DNA from: Candidatus Helarchaeota archaeon
Lineage (GTDB): Archaea > Asgardarchaeota > Lokiarchaeia > Helarchaeales > RDOG01
Direction: 5' to 3'
Assembly (NCBI GenBank): GCA_019058315.1
Contig: JAHPZH010000001.1
Span: forward strand, 71,938-135,937
Length of the DNA stretch: 64,000 nucleotides
Shown: piece by piece, positions 29,701 through 38,560 of the stretch
How positions within the stretch are numbered: the stretch's first letter is position 1
Layout: every line of letters begins with the position of its first letter
The notes under the pieces: model-generated
What the model saw: only the letters and a program-made list of their open reading frames with translations
Told to the model about the DNA's origin: nothing
Databases searched by the model: none
Made by a program: the position numbers and the translations under genes

Positions 29701-30468
29701 TTGATGAAAAGATTTTTCTTTGGTCCTGTTCTTTCTCGTAGATTGGGTTTTTCTTTAGGGATTGATATATTACCCGATAAAAAGACTTGTACTTTTGACT
29801 GTCTTTACTGTGAAATAGGAAAAACTCGACGAGTTACCTCCCCAAAAACCCGTTCTCCTTTCCTAATAGAAAATAAAAAGAATTTTGAATTACAATTAAG
29901 AAATATCTTATCTCAAGATATATTAATCGATACATTAACATTTGCAGGATATTCGGGTGAGGCAACATTAAATAGTGAATTAAATACATTTTTAAACATT
30001 ACAAAATCTGTAAGATCTGACCTGCATAAAGAAAATATCCCAATATCCATTTTGACTAATTCCTCAACAATTAATTTTCCTGAAATTAGAAAAATATTAA
30101 TGAATTTTGATAATATAGTTGCGAAATTAGATGTTGGAAATCAAGCTTCTTTTATGAAGGTGAATCGTCCACATTTTTTAGTTCCACAAATTTCTGATAT
30201 TATAAATGGTTTAAAGCAATTAAGGGAGGAGCTTGATAAGAATCGACTCGTTATTCAGACTCTTTTGTTTAGTGAAAATAATGATAGAAAAAACATTGAT
30301 TCATTAATTGAAGCTTACAATATTATCAATCCAAATAAAATTCAACTTTACTCGATTGCCCGTCCACCCGCATATGCCGTAAAAAAAATAGATGGGCTTC
30401 AATTGGAACAGATAAAAAAGAATATGCAAGATGTATTAAAAACCAATATTAAAATTGAAACTTATTAA
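29701..30468 (+). CDS. radical SAM protein (small stand-alone type, function unknown)
   Basis: FGPVLSRRLGFSLGIDILPDKKTCTFDCLYCEIG contains CxxxCxxC. 255 aa. TTG at 29701 or ATG at 29704. Confidence 0.75.
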   Translation: MMKRFFFGPVLSRRLGFSLGIDILPDKKTCTFDCLYCEIGKTRRVTSPKTRSPFLIENKKNFELQLRNILSQDILIDTLTFAGYSGEATLNSELNTFLNITKSVRSDLHKENIPISILTNSSTINFPEIRKILMNFDNIVAKLDVGNQASFMKVNRPHFLVPQISDIINGLKQLREELDKNRLVIQTLLFSENNDRKNIDSLIEAYNIINPNKIQLYSIARPPAYAVKKIDGLQLEQIKKNMQDVLKTNIKIETY

Positions 30469-30584
30469 AAAGATATTTGTAGTATTGATTTTAAAATTTC
30501 ATTAAACAAGAAAAACCAGAAAAATAAAAAAACATAATTTCTTTTATCCATTAATAAATTAACTTATATTATGGTGCAAAATAG

Positions 30585-30893
30585 ATGCCAGAAATGACAT
30601 ATGTCTGCCCGCAAATAGGTAGTACAGATTATTTAGATTATGAAGAAGATACGACCTTCGAAGATCAAATAAATGAACTAAAAGAGAAATATTTACGAGA
30701 TATTCTTGATTACGTTCAGCAATTTCGAAATATACGTCAAAATATAGGATTAGATCAAATTACTGTAAAGATACACTATATTGATGCTGAAGGTATCAAA
30801 CAAACAATTGGACTTAAAACTTACGTTAAGGCAATGGCTGAACGTCATATTGATAAGATATATTGGGAACCCGAACCCATTGGAGGGCATTAA
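30585..30893 (+). CDS. stand-alone homolog of the N-terminal domain of 28936-29628, ending ...PEPIGGH
   Basis: 102 aa, collinear with residues 1-99 of the fused paralog. The Gly-Gly at residues 100-101 is followed by one His and TAA (30891-30893). Confidence 0.55.
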   Translation: MPEMTYVCPQIGSTDYLDYEEDTTFEDQINELKEKYLRDILDYVQQFRNIRQNIGLDQITVKIHYIDAEGIKQTIGLKTYVKAMAERHIDKIYWEPEPIGGH

Positions 30894-30932
30894 ACCAAAC
30901 TTTTAATATAAGGGTATATCTAGAGGAAAAAA

Positions 30933-31295
30933 ATGCAGCAAACTTCTAAACAAATCTTTGCAAGTCATATTTACGATTTGACAGTTCGACCCGGTTATTA
31001 TCGCTCTACATGGAAACTAATTAATAAAAAAATACCCTTAAAAGGAGCTTTCGGTCATTTTATGGGCAAGGATTTTCGAGTAATTGTAATAAAAATCTTA
31101 TTTAATTCAAAATATCCCGAAAATCCTCCAAAAATTATTAGCACTCCTCCTATCCGCGATGTTTGTTGGGATAATAAGGGTGTGTTACATTGGGCTAGAT
31201 ACGGGGGAGAGTTTGTATGGAGTAAATATAAAGATCACTCCAATCCATTAATTTATGTCGCAGATGAAATTACTGAAAAATATAAAACCATGTAA
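30933..31295 (+). CDS. stand-alone UBC/E2-like (RWD-like) domain protein
   Basis: 120 aa. ILFNSKYPENPPKIISTPPIRDVCWDNKGVLHW aligns with the C-terminal domain of 28936-29628, including the Cys. It has its own GAGG motif about 8 nt upstream of the ATG. Confidence 0.55.
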   Translation: MQQTSKQIFASHIYDLTVRPGYYRSTWKLINKKIPLKGAFGHFMGKDFRVIVIKILFNSKYPENPPKIISTPPIRDVCWDNKGVLHWARYGGEFVWSKYKDHSNPLIYVADEITEKYKTM

Positions 31296-31319
31296 AAAAA
31301 AAATTGATTTTTAGATCTA

Positions 31320-32912
31320 TTACTTTTTAATTATTATTGCCACTAACACTAGAATTACTATCGCCATAGCACCAATTATTATCAAGAGAATAAGAGGATC
31401 AATTGGAAAACCCGCACCTGTCGGTATAGGTATAAAATTATCCATAGGTTCTGTAGACACTAATGAAACTTTTTGTGCATATATATCATAATCACTTAAG
31501 CTTCTATTATCCTGCCACGTTATGATAGCAACTCCAGAACTAACGTAAATAATCTCATGATTTTCTTGCAAACCATATTCTGTACATACTGGCAGACCCT
31601 TACCAACATATTGCAAAATACCATTTTTATCGAGCATTTGTGCATAGATTGATCCATTAGCATCTTCTTCTTTATCTATCCAAGAGATAAATGAATTTCC
31701 TGAGGAGTCGCAGCAAATCCTAGACTGTTGTTGATCACTGGGTGAAGTACAAACAGGGGTACCATTATTTCTCCATAATGTGGTGCCTATTGGGTTAATT
31801 TTTTGAGTATAGATATCCTCCTCATAAATATTTCGTAAATCCTGCCATGTAATAATTGCATTTCCCTCACTATCACAGCAAATTTTTGGATAGAATTGGC
31901 TATATTCTGCTGTACAAATTGGTGTGCCATTGAGAGTCCAATAAACAGTACCAGTTGAGTCGATTTTTTGTGCATATATATCTGTATATGTACCGTTTCT
32001 ATTATCCACCCAAGTGATAATTGCATTACCAGAACTATCACAGCAAATATCAGGCCAATATTGACTGTCAGTTGCATTACAAATTACAGTACCATTGTCT
32101 TGCAATTGTGAATGACCTGTAGAATTAATAAATTGACAATAGATATCGTTATCTGATGTTGTCATATTTCTATAGTCTTGCCAAGTAATAATTGCGTTTC
32201 CTGCACCATAAACACTAATTTTTGGAAATGTTTGGATGTTTATAGCATTGCAAATTATTTTTCCGTTAGTTGTCCATTGGACAACTCCACTCGAATTAAT
32301 TCTCTGGGCATGGATATTAGATGTTGCAAATTCATCATTTATCCATGTAAGAATCGCACCGCCTAAATTATCGCTGCAAATTTCTATCCTTGATTCATCA
32401 TTAGGCAAACCAGTAATTTGCACACCGTTGGCAGTCCATTGCGTAATCCCGTTTGCGTCCACTCTTTGAGCTTTAATATTTTGAGTATCTTCCCATGCGA
32501 TGATTGCCCCCCCAGAACCATCAGAACATATCTGGGGAAGAGTTTGAGAACCAGGAGAGTTACAAATTAATGTGCCGTTAACATCCCATAATGGATTCCC
32601 ATTTGAATCGATTCTTTGAACATAAATACTAGAAATGTCTCTGGAATCCGCCCAAGTAATAATTGCACCACCAGTTCCATCACTGCATATTTCAGGATTA
32701 TATTGGTCTTGTGGCGTTTGTACACATACAGGTGTACCATTAGCTGCCCATTGCGTACTTAAACCATTAGCCTTGAGTTTAGATTTCTCATCAATTTTTA
32801 AAAGTAAGACATTTTGATTGCTAAACCCTGTATATGAATTTATAGCTAAAATGGAAAACATCAAGATTGGGATTAAAATTAAAAACCTTTTCTTCATTTT
32901 TAACAAATCCAA
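31320..32912 (-). CDS. secreted 8-repeat (propeller-like) protein with a C-terminal TM/KK sorting-signal-like tail
   Basis: Signal-like N-terminus. Eight repeats of NGT-IC-----Q--P-IC-D--G-AIITW-D-R----IY-Q-I---G. The C-terminus is ...TGAGFPIDPLILLIIIGAMAIVILVLVAIIIKK (motif, TM, short basic end). Confidence 0.7.
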   Translation of the reverse strand: MDLLKMKKRFLILIPILMFSILAINSYTGFSNQNVLLLKIDEKSKLKANGLSTQWAANGTPVCVQTPQDQYNPEICSDGTGGAIITWADSRDISSIYVQRIDSNGNPLWDVNGTLICNSPGSQTLPQICSDGSGGAIIAWEDTQNIKAQRVDANGITQWTANGVQITGLPNDESRIEICSDNLGGAILTWINDEFATSNIHAQRINSSGVVQWTTNGKIICNAINIQTFPKISVYGAGNAIITWQDYRNMTTSDNDIYCQFINSTGHSQLQDNGTVICNATDSQYWPDICCDSSGNAIITWVDNRNGTYTDIYAQKIDSTGTVYWTLNGTPICTAEYSQFYPKICCDSEGNAIITWQDLRNIYEEDIYTQKINPIGTTLWRNNGTPVCTSPSDQQQSRICCDSSGNSFISWIDKEEDANGSIYAQMLDKNGILQYVGKGLPVCTEYGLQENHEIIYVSSGVAIITWQDNRSLSDYDIYAQKVSLVSTEPMDNFIPIPTGAGFPIDPLILLIIIGAMAIVILVLVAIIIKK

Positions 32913-33012
32913 TTTTTATTAAAATATATCAAATATACTGAGGTTATAACATATAAATTGGAGTAATAGTTCATAGAGAAATAGAATAATTAAGTTAGAA
33001 AGTCGTGTAGAA

Positions 33013-34086
33013 ATGCGAGTAATTATAGATTCGTCGGTAATTGAATCATGTAAGCAAACAATTCAAGAATGTTATGGTGAAAAAGCGTTTAAAGAAGTAG
33101 GGGGGTATATTTTAGGAATGTTTGACGGCGAAAATTTCCAAGTTAAATCCCTTTATCTTGATAAATATGCTGAATCGACTTCTATCAGAATTAAACTAAG
33201 CGTTGATGCATTCCATGAAGTTGAGGAAATACTTTCCCAATCTCCTGAAATGATGTATATTGGGACATGGCATGTTCATCCTGGGACAGATAAACCCGCA
33301 TACTCAAATGTTGATGTTTCAACTCTATTTTTAGAACGGGTAATTATAGACACAGATAATCCTGAAAGTTTGAAATGCCCAAAGATTCATATAATTTTTA
33401 ATAATTCTCTAACTGAATATAGTTGTTATACTATGGATATATTTTTTAATTTTTTATGCGAACCTCTTGATTCATCTGTTGCCAAAAATTTAGTTGAAGC
33501 TGAATTGCTTGAAATTGGGCTAGATGCCCTTACGGAATCTAAAACCTTGCTAAAACTAGAAACTCTTGAAAGTTATATCAATTTACAAAAAAATATCGAA
33601 GAAGTGTATAATAATCTCGATTTAATTTCTGACCAAATCAATTTTGCACTTGACTTTTTTAATGAACTTGAATGGTATAATAAAGTTGAAAATAAAATCG
33701 AAAAAATAATTAAGAATGAGATTAAAAATGGAGAAAGAATTGGAGTAATCTCTTCTGAAAACGAGAAAAAAATCGAAAGCTTGAAATATAGACCTAAGAA
33801 TATAAAAAATTCATATACAGATGGATCTTTAGTAGGTTTTTGGGTATTATTTCCATACGAAAGTATCAGCGATATGTTTTTGAAAATTTTTTATGCTAAT
33901 TTCTTCAAAAAAATTGAGACTGAACCTGGAGATGTCTTCTTATTCTTCCTAGTTCAAAAAATTAAGGAAGAAATCATGATTAAACCGTTTTTTTTAAATT
34001 TCACATCATTTGAAGGAATATCATATATAGAATTAGAAATGACTTTGATTGAGGATGACAATGAAAATAATGTTTCAGAATCCTGA
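33013..34086 (+). CDS. JAB/MPN+ (JAMM) metalloprotease with a long helical C-terminal extension
   Basis: E28 (KEVGGYILG) plus H87-x-H89-x8-S98-x2-D101 (WHVHPGTDKPAYSNVD) is the JAMM motif. About 230 extra C-terminal residues. Confidence 0.8.
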   Translation: MRVIIDSSVIESCKQTIQECYGEKAFKEVGGYILGMFDGENFQVKSLYLDKYAESTSIRIKLSVDAFHEVEEILSQSPEMMYIGTWHVHPGTDKPAYSNVDVSTLFLERVIIDTDNPESLKCPKIHIIFNNSLTEYSCYTMDIFFNFLCEPLDSSVAKNLVEAELLEIGLDALTESKTLLKLETLESYINLQKNIEEVYNNLDLISDQINFALDFFNELEWYNKVENKIEKIIKNEIKNGERIGVISSENEKKIESLKYRPKNIKNSYTDGSLVGFWVLFPYESISDMFLKIFYANFFKKIETEPGDVFLFFLVQKIKEEIMIKPFFLNFTSFEGISYIELEMTLIEDDNENNVSES

Positions 34087-35140
34087 TACGGGTGAAACAA
34101 TATATATCGAGGATGAGGAGCTTCTTATCAGAGATATTGCCAATAAAATAATGAAAGAATACAATCTAGAAAAACCACCAATCTTCTTCACCCTTATGAA
34201 AGAAGACCCAGTATCAGAAACTTATCTAGAAGAAGATGATAAATTAAAAACAATTAATGAAGAAAAATTGGATGTAAAGACACCAATATGGTGGCGATCG
34301 TCAGAAATTGATCTAGATTTAATTTATAAACTTCGAACAGAACGCTATGATAGATCGGGTTATGAGCTAGAAAAAATCGGAAAAACCAAGGTATTAATTG
34401 CAGGTGTGGGATTATTAGGAGCGGATATTGCGTTTGATTGCGCAGTTTTAGGAATAAAGGACCTTACAATAATTGATTATGGGTCTGTAGATTGGTTTAA
34501 TATCTATCGACAAAGTCTCTATTCCAAAAAAGATGTATTTAAATCGAAAGTTGAAGTGGCAAAAGAAAATCTCGAGGATATGGGGGGTGTAAATGTTAAA
34601 TCATTAAAAATTGAGATTCCAAGTTTTATTTATCTGCCAGAAGATAAAAGTATAATACAAAATTCCATTTTAAAAATTGAGCCTGAAGTTAAAAAATGTG
34701 ATATAATAATTACTGCTCTTGATACATTCAGCGCTAGAATGATAATGCAAACTTTAGCTTTAGCAAATGATAAAATCCTTATTAATACGGCGGCTGGTCT
34801 AGTAGGTGGGGTAGTTCAATTAGTGAGAATTAAGCAAAATGATCCTTGCTTGGCATGTGGTATTTATTTTGATAGAAATCAAGATGTGGGTGCGTGCACT
34901 TTGGCATCGTTTGGTACTCCTAAAATCATATCTGGAATTACAATGGAAATTTTGACAAATCTGATTGAAGAAAGAGAAATCAAATATAACCATTTTAAAT
35001 ATATTCCCCAAACTTACCAAATAGAACAAAGTAATTTTATAAAAGGCAAAGAGTTCTGTGATTTTTGCGATAGGGAGAAAGGAATTATATTTAAATATAA
35101 AAATGGAGAAAAAAAAGCCCTAATTGATTGGTTATATTGA
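34049..35140 (+). CDS. E1-like (ThiF/MoeB/UBA family) adenylyltransferase with an N-terminal beta-grasp-like domain
   Basis: Nucleotide-binding VLIAGVGLLGADIA, IDYGSVDWFNIYRQ, Zn-type CLACG and CDFCD pairs, and candidate catalytic Cys GACTLASFG. The N-terminal ~80 aa (KIMFQNPDTGETIYIEDEELLIRDIANKIMKEYNL...) has a bb-a-bb pattern. It overlaps the JAB gene by 38 nt (26 nt if it starts at 34061). Confidence 0.75.
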   Translation: MRMTMKIMFQNPDTGETIYIEDEELLIRDIANKIMKEYNLEKPPIFFTLMKEDPVSETYLEEDDKLKTINEEKLDVKTPIWWRSSEIDLDLIYKLRTERYDRSGYELEKIGKTKVLIAGVGLLGADIAFDCAVLGIKDLTIIDYGSVDWFNIYRQSLYSKKDVFKSKVEVAKENLEDMGGVNVKSLKIEIPSFIYLPEDKSIIQNSILKIEPEVKKCDIIITALDTFSARMIMQTLALANDKILINTAAGLVGGVVQLVRIKQNDPCLACGIYFDRNQDVGACTLASFGTPKIISGITMEILTNLIEEREIKYNHFKYIPQTYQIEQSNFIKGKEFCDFCDREKGIIFKYKNGEKKALIDWLY

Positions 35141-35277
35141 TTTATATGAAAATTTATTTATTTAAAGATAAATAATAACATTTTTTAATATAATTTTTAA
35201 TGTAAAAGCACGCATTAATTTATTATTGTCATACTAAATTAGTTTCAAGATTTCAAATAAATAGGAGAAAAATTAAG

Positions 35278-36123
35278 ATGGTTGAAATTACATTAACCCC
35301 TAAAAAAGATGCATTCTCTTCAAAAATTCCTCTTGAAGCAGAAATTATTACAACAGATAATCTCGCTGGAAAATCTATTGAGGAAATAAAAAAACTGCCA
35401 GTATGGAAAGGAAATCGTGAAAAAAATCTAGGAGAATTTTTCGATGTAAAAGGAGGAAAAGCAGATGCTCCAGCAGATATAAAAATAATCATCGATGGTG
35501 ATATTCCGATGGTAAAAGGGATTGGAACAAAGATGACTGCTGGTGAAATAGTTGTCAAAGGTAAAGCAGGAATGCACACAGCAGATCTATTAAATGGTGG
35601 AAAAATCACAGTGGAAGGAGACGTAGATGACTTCTGCGGCTCTGAGATGAAAAAGGGAGAATTTATTGTGAATGGAAATGCAGGAAATTACTTTATCGCA
35701 GCAGCTAGGGGTAATTGGCAAGGTATGACTGGTGGAAAAGTTGTAGTTAATGGCAGTGTTGGTTCTGAAATGGCTGCTTGGGTTCGTGGTAAGACGACCC
35801 GGATAGAAATCAATGGAAATGTTAAAGGTTTTGCGGCTGTTCATATGCACGGAGGATTGCTTATCATAAATGGAGATGTTTTAGATAGATTAGGAGCTGA
35901 AATGGCAAGGGGAATTATTATAGTTAATGGAAAATTGGAATCTATTCTACCATCATTTAAATATTCAGGGGAAGTGCAAGAGATAGAAGTGAATGAAACT
36001 GAAAAAATTACTGGAAAGTATTTACAATTCAATGGTGATTACGCCCAATTAGGTGTAAAATCAAAATATTTTGGTAGAATTTTCCTCGCTGCGGATAAGA
36101 ATAAACATTTAATTCCAAAATAA
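35278..36123 (+). CDS. FwdC/FmdC-like GXGXG beta-helix protein (formylmethanofuran dehydrogenase subunit C / GltB C-terminal domain family)
   Basis: MVEITLTPKK...PLEAEIITTDNLAGKSIEEIKKLPVWKGNREKNLGEFFDVKG matches FwdC N-termini and is followed by repeated G-x-G turns. No other fwd genes are adjacent. Confidence 0.65.
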   Translation: MVEITLTPKKDAFSSKIPLEAEIITTDNLAGKSIEEIKKLPVWKGNREKNLGEFFDVKGGKADAPADIKIIIDGDIPMVKGIGTKMTAGEIVVKGKAGMHTADLLNGGKITVEGDVDDFCGSEMKKGEFIVNGNAGNYFIAAARGNWQGMTGGKVVVNGSVGSEMAAWVRGKTTRIEINGNVKGFAAVHMHGGLLIINGDVLDRLGAEMARGIIIVNGKLESILPSFKYSGEVQEIEVNETEKITGKYLQFNGDYAQLGVKSKYFGRIFLAADKNKHLIPK

Positions 36124-36208
36124 TTTGCTTTTTTTATAAAATATTATAAATAAAATTAACTTAATTATAGTTTAAATATTCTAATTAATTAAAACGGTAG
36201 TTAATTTT

Positions 36209-37375
36209 ATGCCAAAACCTGAAAATTGGATACTTATAAAGGTCCACGCTAATACAAAATTAGATATTCCAAAGACAAAAATTCCACATCATAAAACTTG
36301 CGGGTTTCTTTCAAGAAGATTAAAAAATTTGTTAATGGATTCATTTGCATATGCATTTATTTCAGCAATAAATGAACCATATTTTAAAGTAGCAATAGGA
36401 AAATCTGATGAAGCTTTTGAAAAAAGGTTTTTAAATGTAATCAAGCGAACCTTTTTGAAAGAGCTAGTATTAGAGGTCTTTAGAAAGGGTGGTTTGGGAT
36501 ATGGTAAAAAAGGATACTTAGAACCACTTCCTTATTCAAAGCCCTACTGGGAGTATGACTTCGTAAATGCTAAAAGATTCGATGTTGATGGTAATCTAAA
36601 GGGTTTTATTGATGTAAAAGTTATTTATATTAATTACTCTTCTGAAAAAAACGTTACAATTGAAGAATTAGACACCACAAAAATAAAAAGATCGAAAAAA
36701 GCTTCAAAAGATGCTCCAGATATATCGCATCCTTTAGGAATATTGCTTGAAGCACCATGGCGTCATTATTATAAACTAATTGAACAAACTAAAAGAAAGA
36801 ATGGTGACAAATTAGAGGTTCCATTCGAAATTCTATTCGTTTTAGCACCTTGGTTTGATCAAACAGTTGAAGGTGAAATTTTAGATTTATTAGAAGAATA
36901 TGTGCACCTTGATCATTCTAAAAAATCATTACCTATTCCTTCACAAGTACCTAAATTAATCGAGAGATATTTCCCTCTTGTTGAAGAAAGACCAGCGAGT
37001 TCCGATTGGATTTTGGAAAACTGGAATAAAATTTATGATGTTATTGGTTATGAGGCCGAGAGATCTATTAAAGATTTAGAAGGATTTTGGTTATGGGTTT
37101 TGGGTGTTGTCGACAAAGGAAAAGCAAAAAAATTCGTGAATGTATACTACGATGATCAAATAATGATGAACATTGAAGGAAAAGATACTGCGATCTGGAG
37201 CTCTGTGGTTCCCCCACCATATCCGCGAATTTATTCTTCTTATCTTAAAAAGAAAGAAGCTGGAGAAGACGTATCTCCTCCTGATATCGATCCGGATCAT
37301 CCAGATTATAATTTGAATAACCATGCAATCGATGTTTTTTCAGATGATGTAAAACCAATAACAGATTATATTTAG
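36209..37375 (+). CDS. hypothetical protein
   Basis: 388-aa ORF with no recognisable motif. Confidence 0.5.
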   Translation: MPKPENWILIKVHANTKLDIPKTKIPHHKTCGFLSRRLKNLLMDSFAYAFISAINEPYFKVAIGKSDEAFEKRFLNVIKRTFLKELVLEVFRKGGLGYGKKGYLEPLPYSKPYWEYDFVNAKRFDVDGNLKGFIDVKVIYINYSSEKNVTIEELDTTKIKRSKKASKDAPDISHPLGILLEAPWRHYYKLIEQTKRKNGDKLEVPFEILFVLAPWFDQTVEGEILDLLEEYVHLDHSKKSLPIPSQVPKLIERYFPLVEERPASSDWILENWNKIYDVIGYEAERSIKDLEGFWLWVLGVVDKGKAKKFVNVYYDDQIMMNIEGKDTAIWSSVVPPPYPRIYSSYLKKKEAGEDVSPPDIDPDHPDYNLNNHAIDVFSDDVKPITDYI

Positions 37376-37407
37376 ATTTTACATTCTTTTTTATTTTTTT
37401 AATTGAT

Positions 37408-38421
37408 TTAACATAGCTTATATGCTGAAATTACAACTTCTAGAGCTTTTTTACCATCTATAGCATTTGCAACTGGTTCTTTATTTTCTAAAATACATTC
37501 AACAAAATGGTCTGTCATTTTTTTCTTAACATTTTCCATAAACATATCTGGTTTTAGTGACTGAACTAATTCATTTCTTTTTAATTTCTTTGGAAAAAAT
37601 TCGATTTTGGGTTCAGATTTATAATTCAATGCTTGTAAACTTATTATACCATTGAATCCATGGACCTCGATAATATTAGATGGAAGATCACACCAACTTG
37701 TTTCAAGCTCGCATATAATACCGCTCTTAAATTTAAAAACTACACTTGCGACATCTTCCCAAGTCATTTCTTTACAGAAAGTTCCCATAGAGGCTCCTGT
37801 CAGCTCTGAGATATCACCAAACAACCATATTAATGTATCAATATGATGAATTCCTAAATCCAATAAGACTCCTCCCCCAGCTTTTACTTTATCAAAGAAC
37901 CATCTATCTTTACTGCTTGCTCTCCAAGAAGTATAAGGTCCTTTATGAGAAAATCTTGCCCTTACAAATGAAATTTCTCCCAGAACTTCTTTATCAATAA
38001 TTTCTTTTAAAATTTGATATGCAGTCCAAAACCTCTGATGAGCTGCATACATAAATATTATTTTTGCCTTATTTACAGCAGCTATTATCTTATTTGCATC
38101 TTCAAGATTTGTGGTTAATGGCTTTTCACAAAAAACATGTTTCCTTGCTTCTGCTGCAGCTATAGCCATTTCAGCATGTAAGTAATTTGGCGTACAAATA
38201 ACAACAGCATCAATATCTTCCTTTTCAAACATTGTATTATAGTCTGTATAATATGATGTCATTTCAAACTTTTTAGCAAATTTTTCTGCATGTTCTTTAG
38301 TACGTGATGTCACACTAACTAGTTCAACATTTGGATTCTGATTAAAAAGTCCAGTATTTTCGTAAGCAACTGCACCGGCCCCTAAAATTCCAAAACGAAT
38401 CTTTTTCAAAATAAATATCAC
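37408..38421 (-). CDS. Gfo/Idh/MocA family NAD(P)-dependent oxidoreductase
   Basis: IRFGILGAGAVA Rossmann start, a HVFCEKP motif, and a C-terminal alpha/beta domain of typical length. Confidence 0.8.
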   Translation of the reverse strand: MIFILKKIRFGILGAGAVAYENTGLFNQNPNVELVSVTSRTKEHAEKFAKKFEMTSYYTDYNTMFEKEDIDAVVICTPNYLHAEMAIAAAEARKHVFCEKPLTTNLEDANKIIAAVNKAKIIFMYAAHQRFWTAYQILKEIIDKEVLGEISFVRARFSHKGPYTSWRASSKDRWFFDKVKAGGGVLLDLGIHHIDTLIWLFGDISELTGASMGTFCKEMTWEDVASVVFKFKSGIICELETSWCDLPSNIIEVHGFNGIISLQALNYKSEPKIEFFPKKLKRNELVQSLKPDMFMENVKKKMTDHFVECILENKEPVANAIDGKKALEVVISAYKLC

Positions 38422-38560
38422 CGATTATTAAATTAAATTAGATCATTTCAACAAATTCAGTAAAATTTTACATTAATTAATGTTAAATAAGACTAATCTA
38501 TACTAATTTAATTCTAAGTATATTATAATTCCCAAATTATCAAAGTTTTAAGGCGTTAAT

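Noticed and set aside
35278-36123. The FwdC-like gene (and the AtwA-like ATPase at 25272-27026) as evidence for methanogenesis or an MCR system.
   Set aside because: No fwdABD, mcr, mtr or other marker genes are adjacent. Both families have non-methanogenic homologs, so no pathway claim is made.
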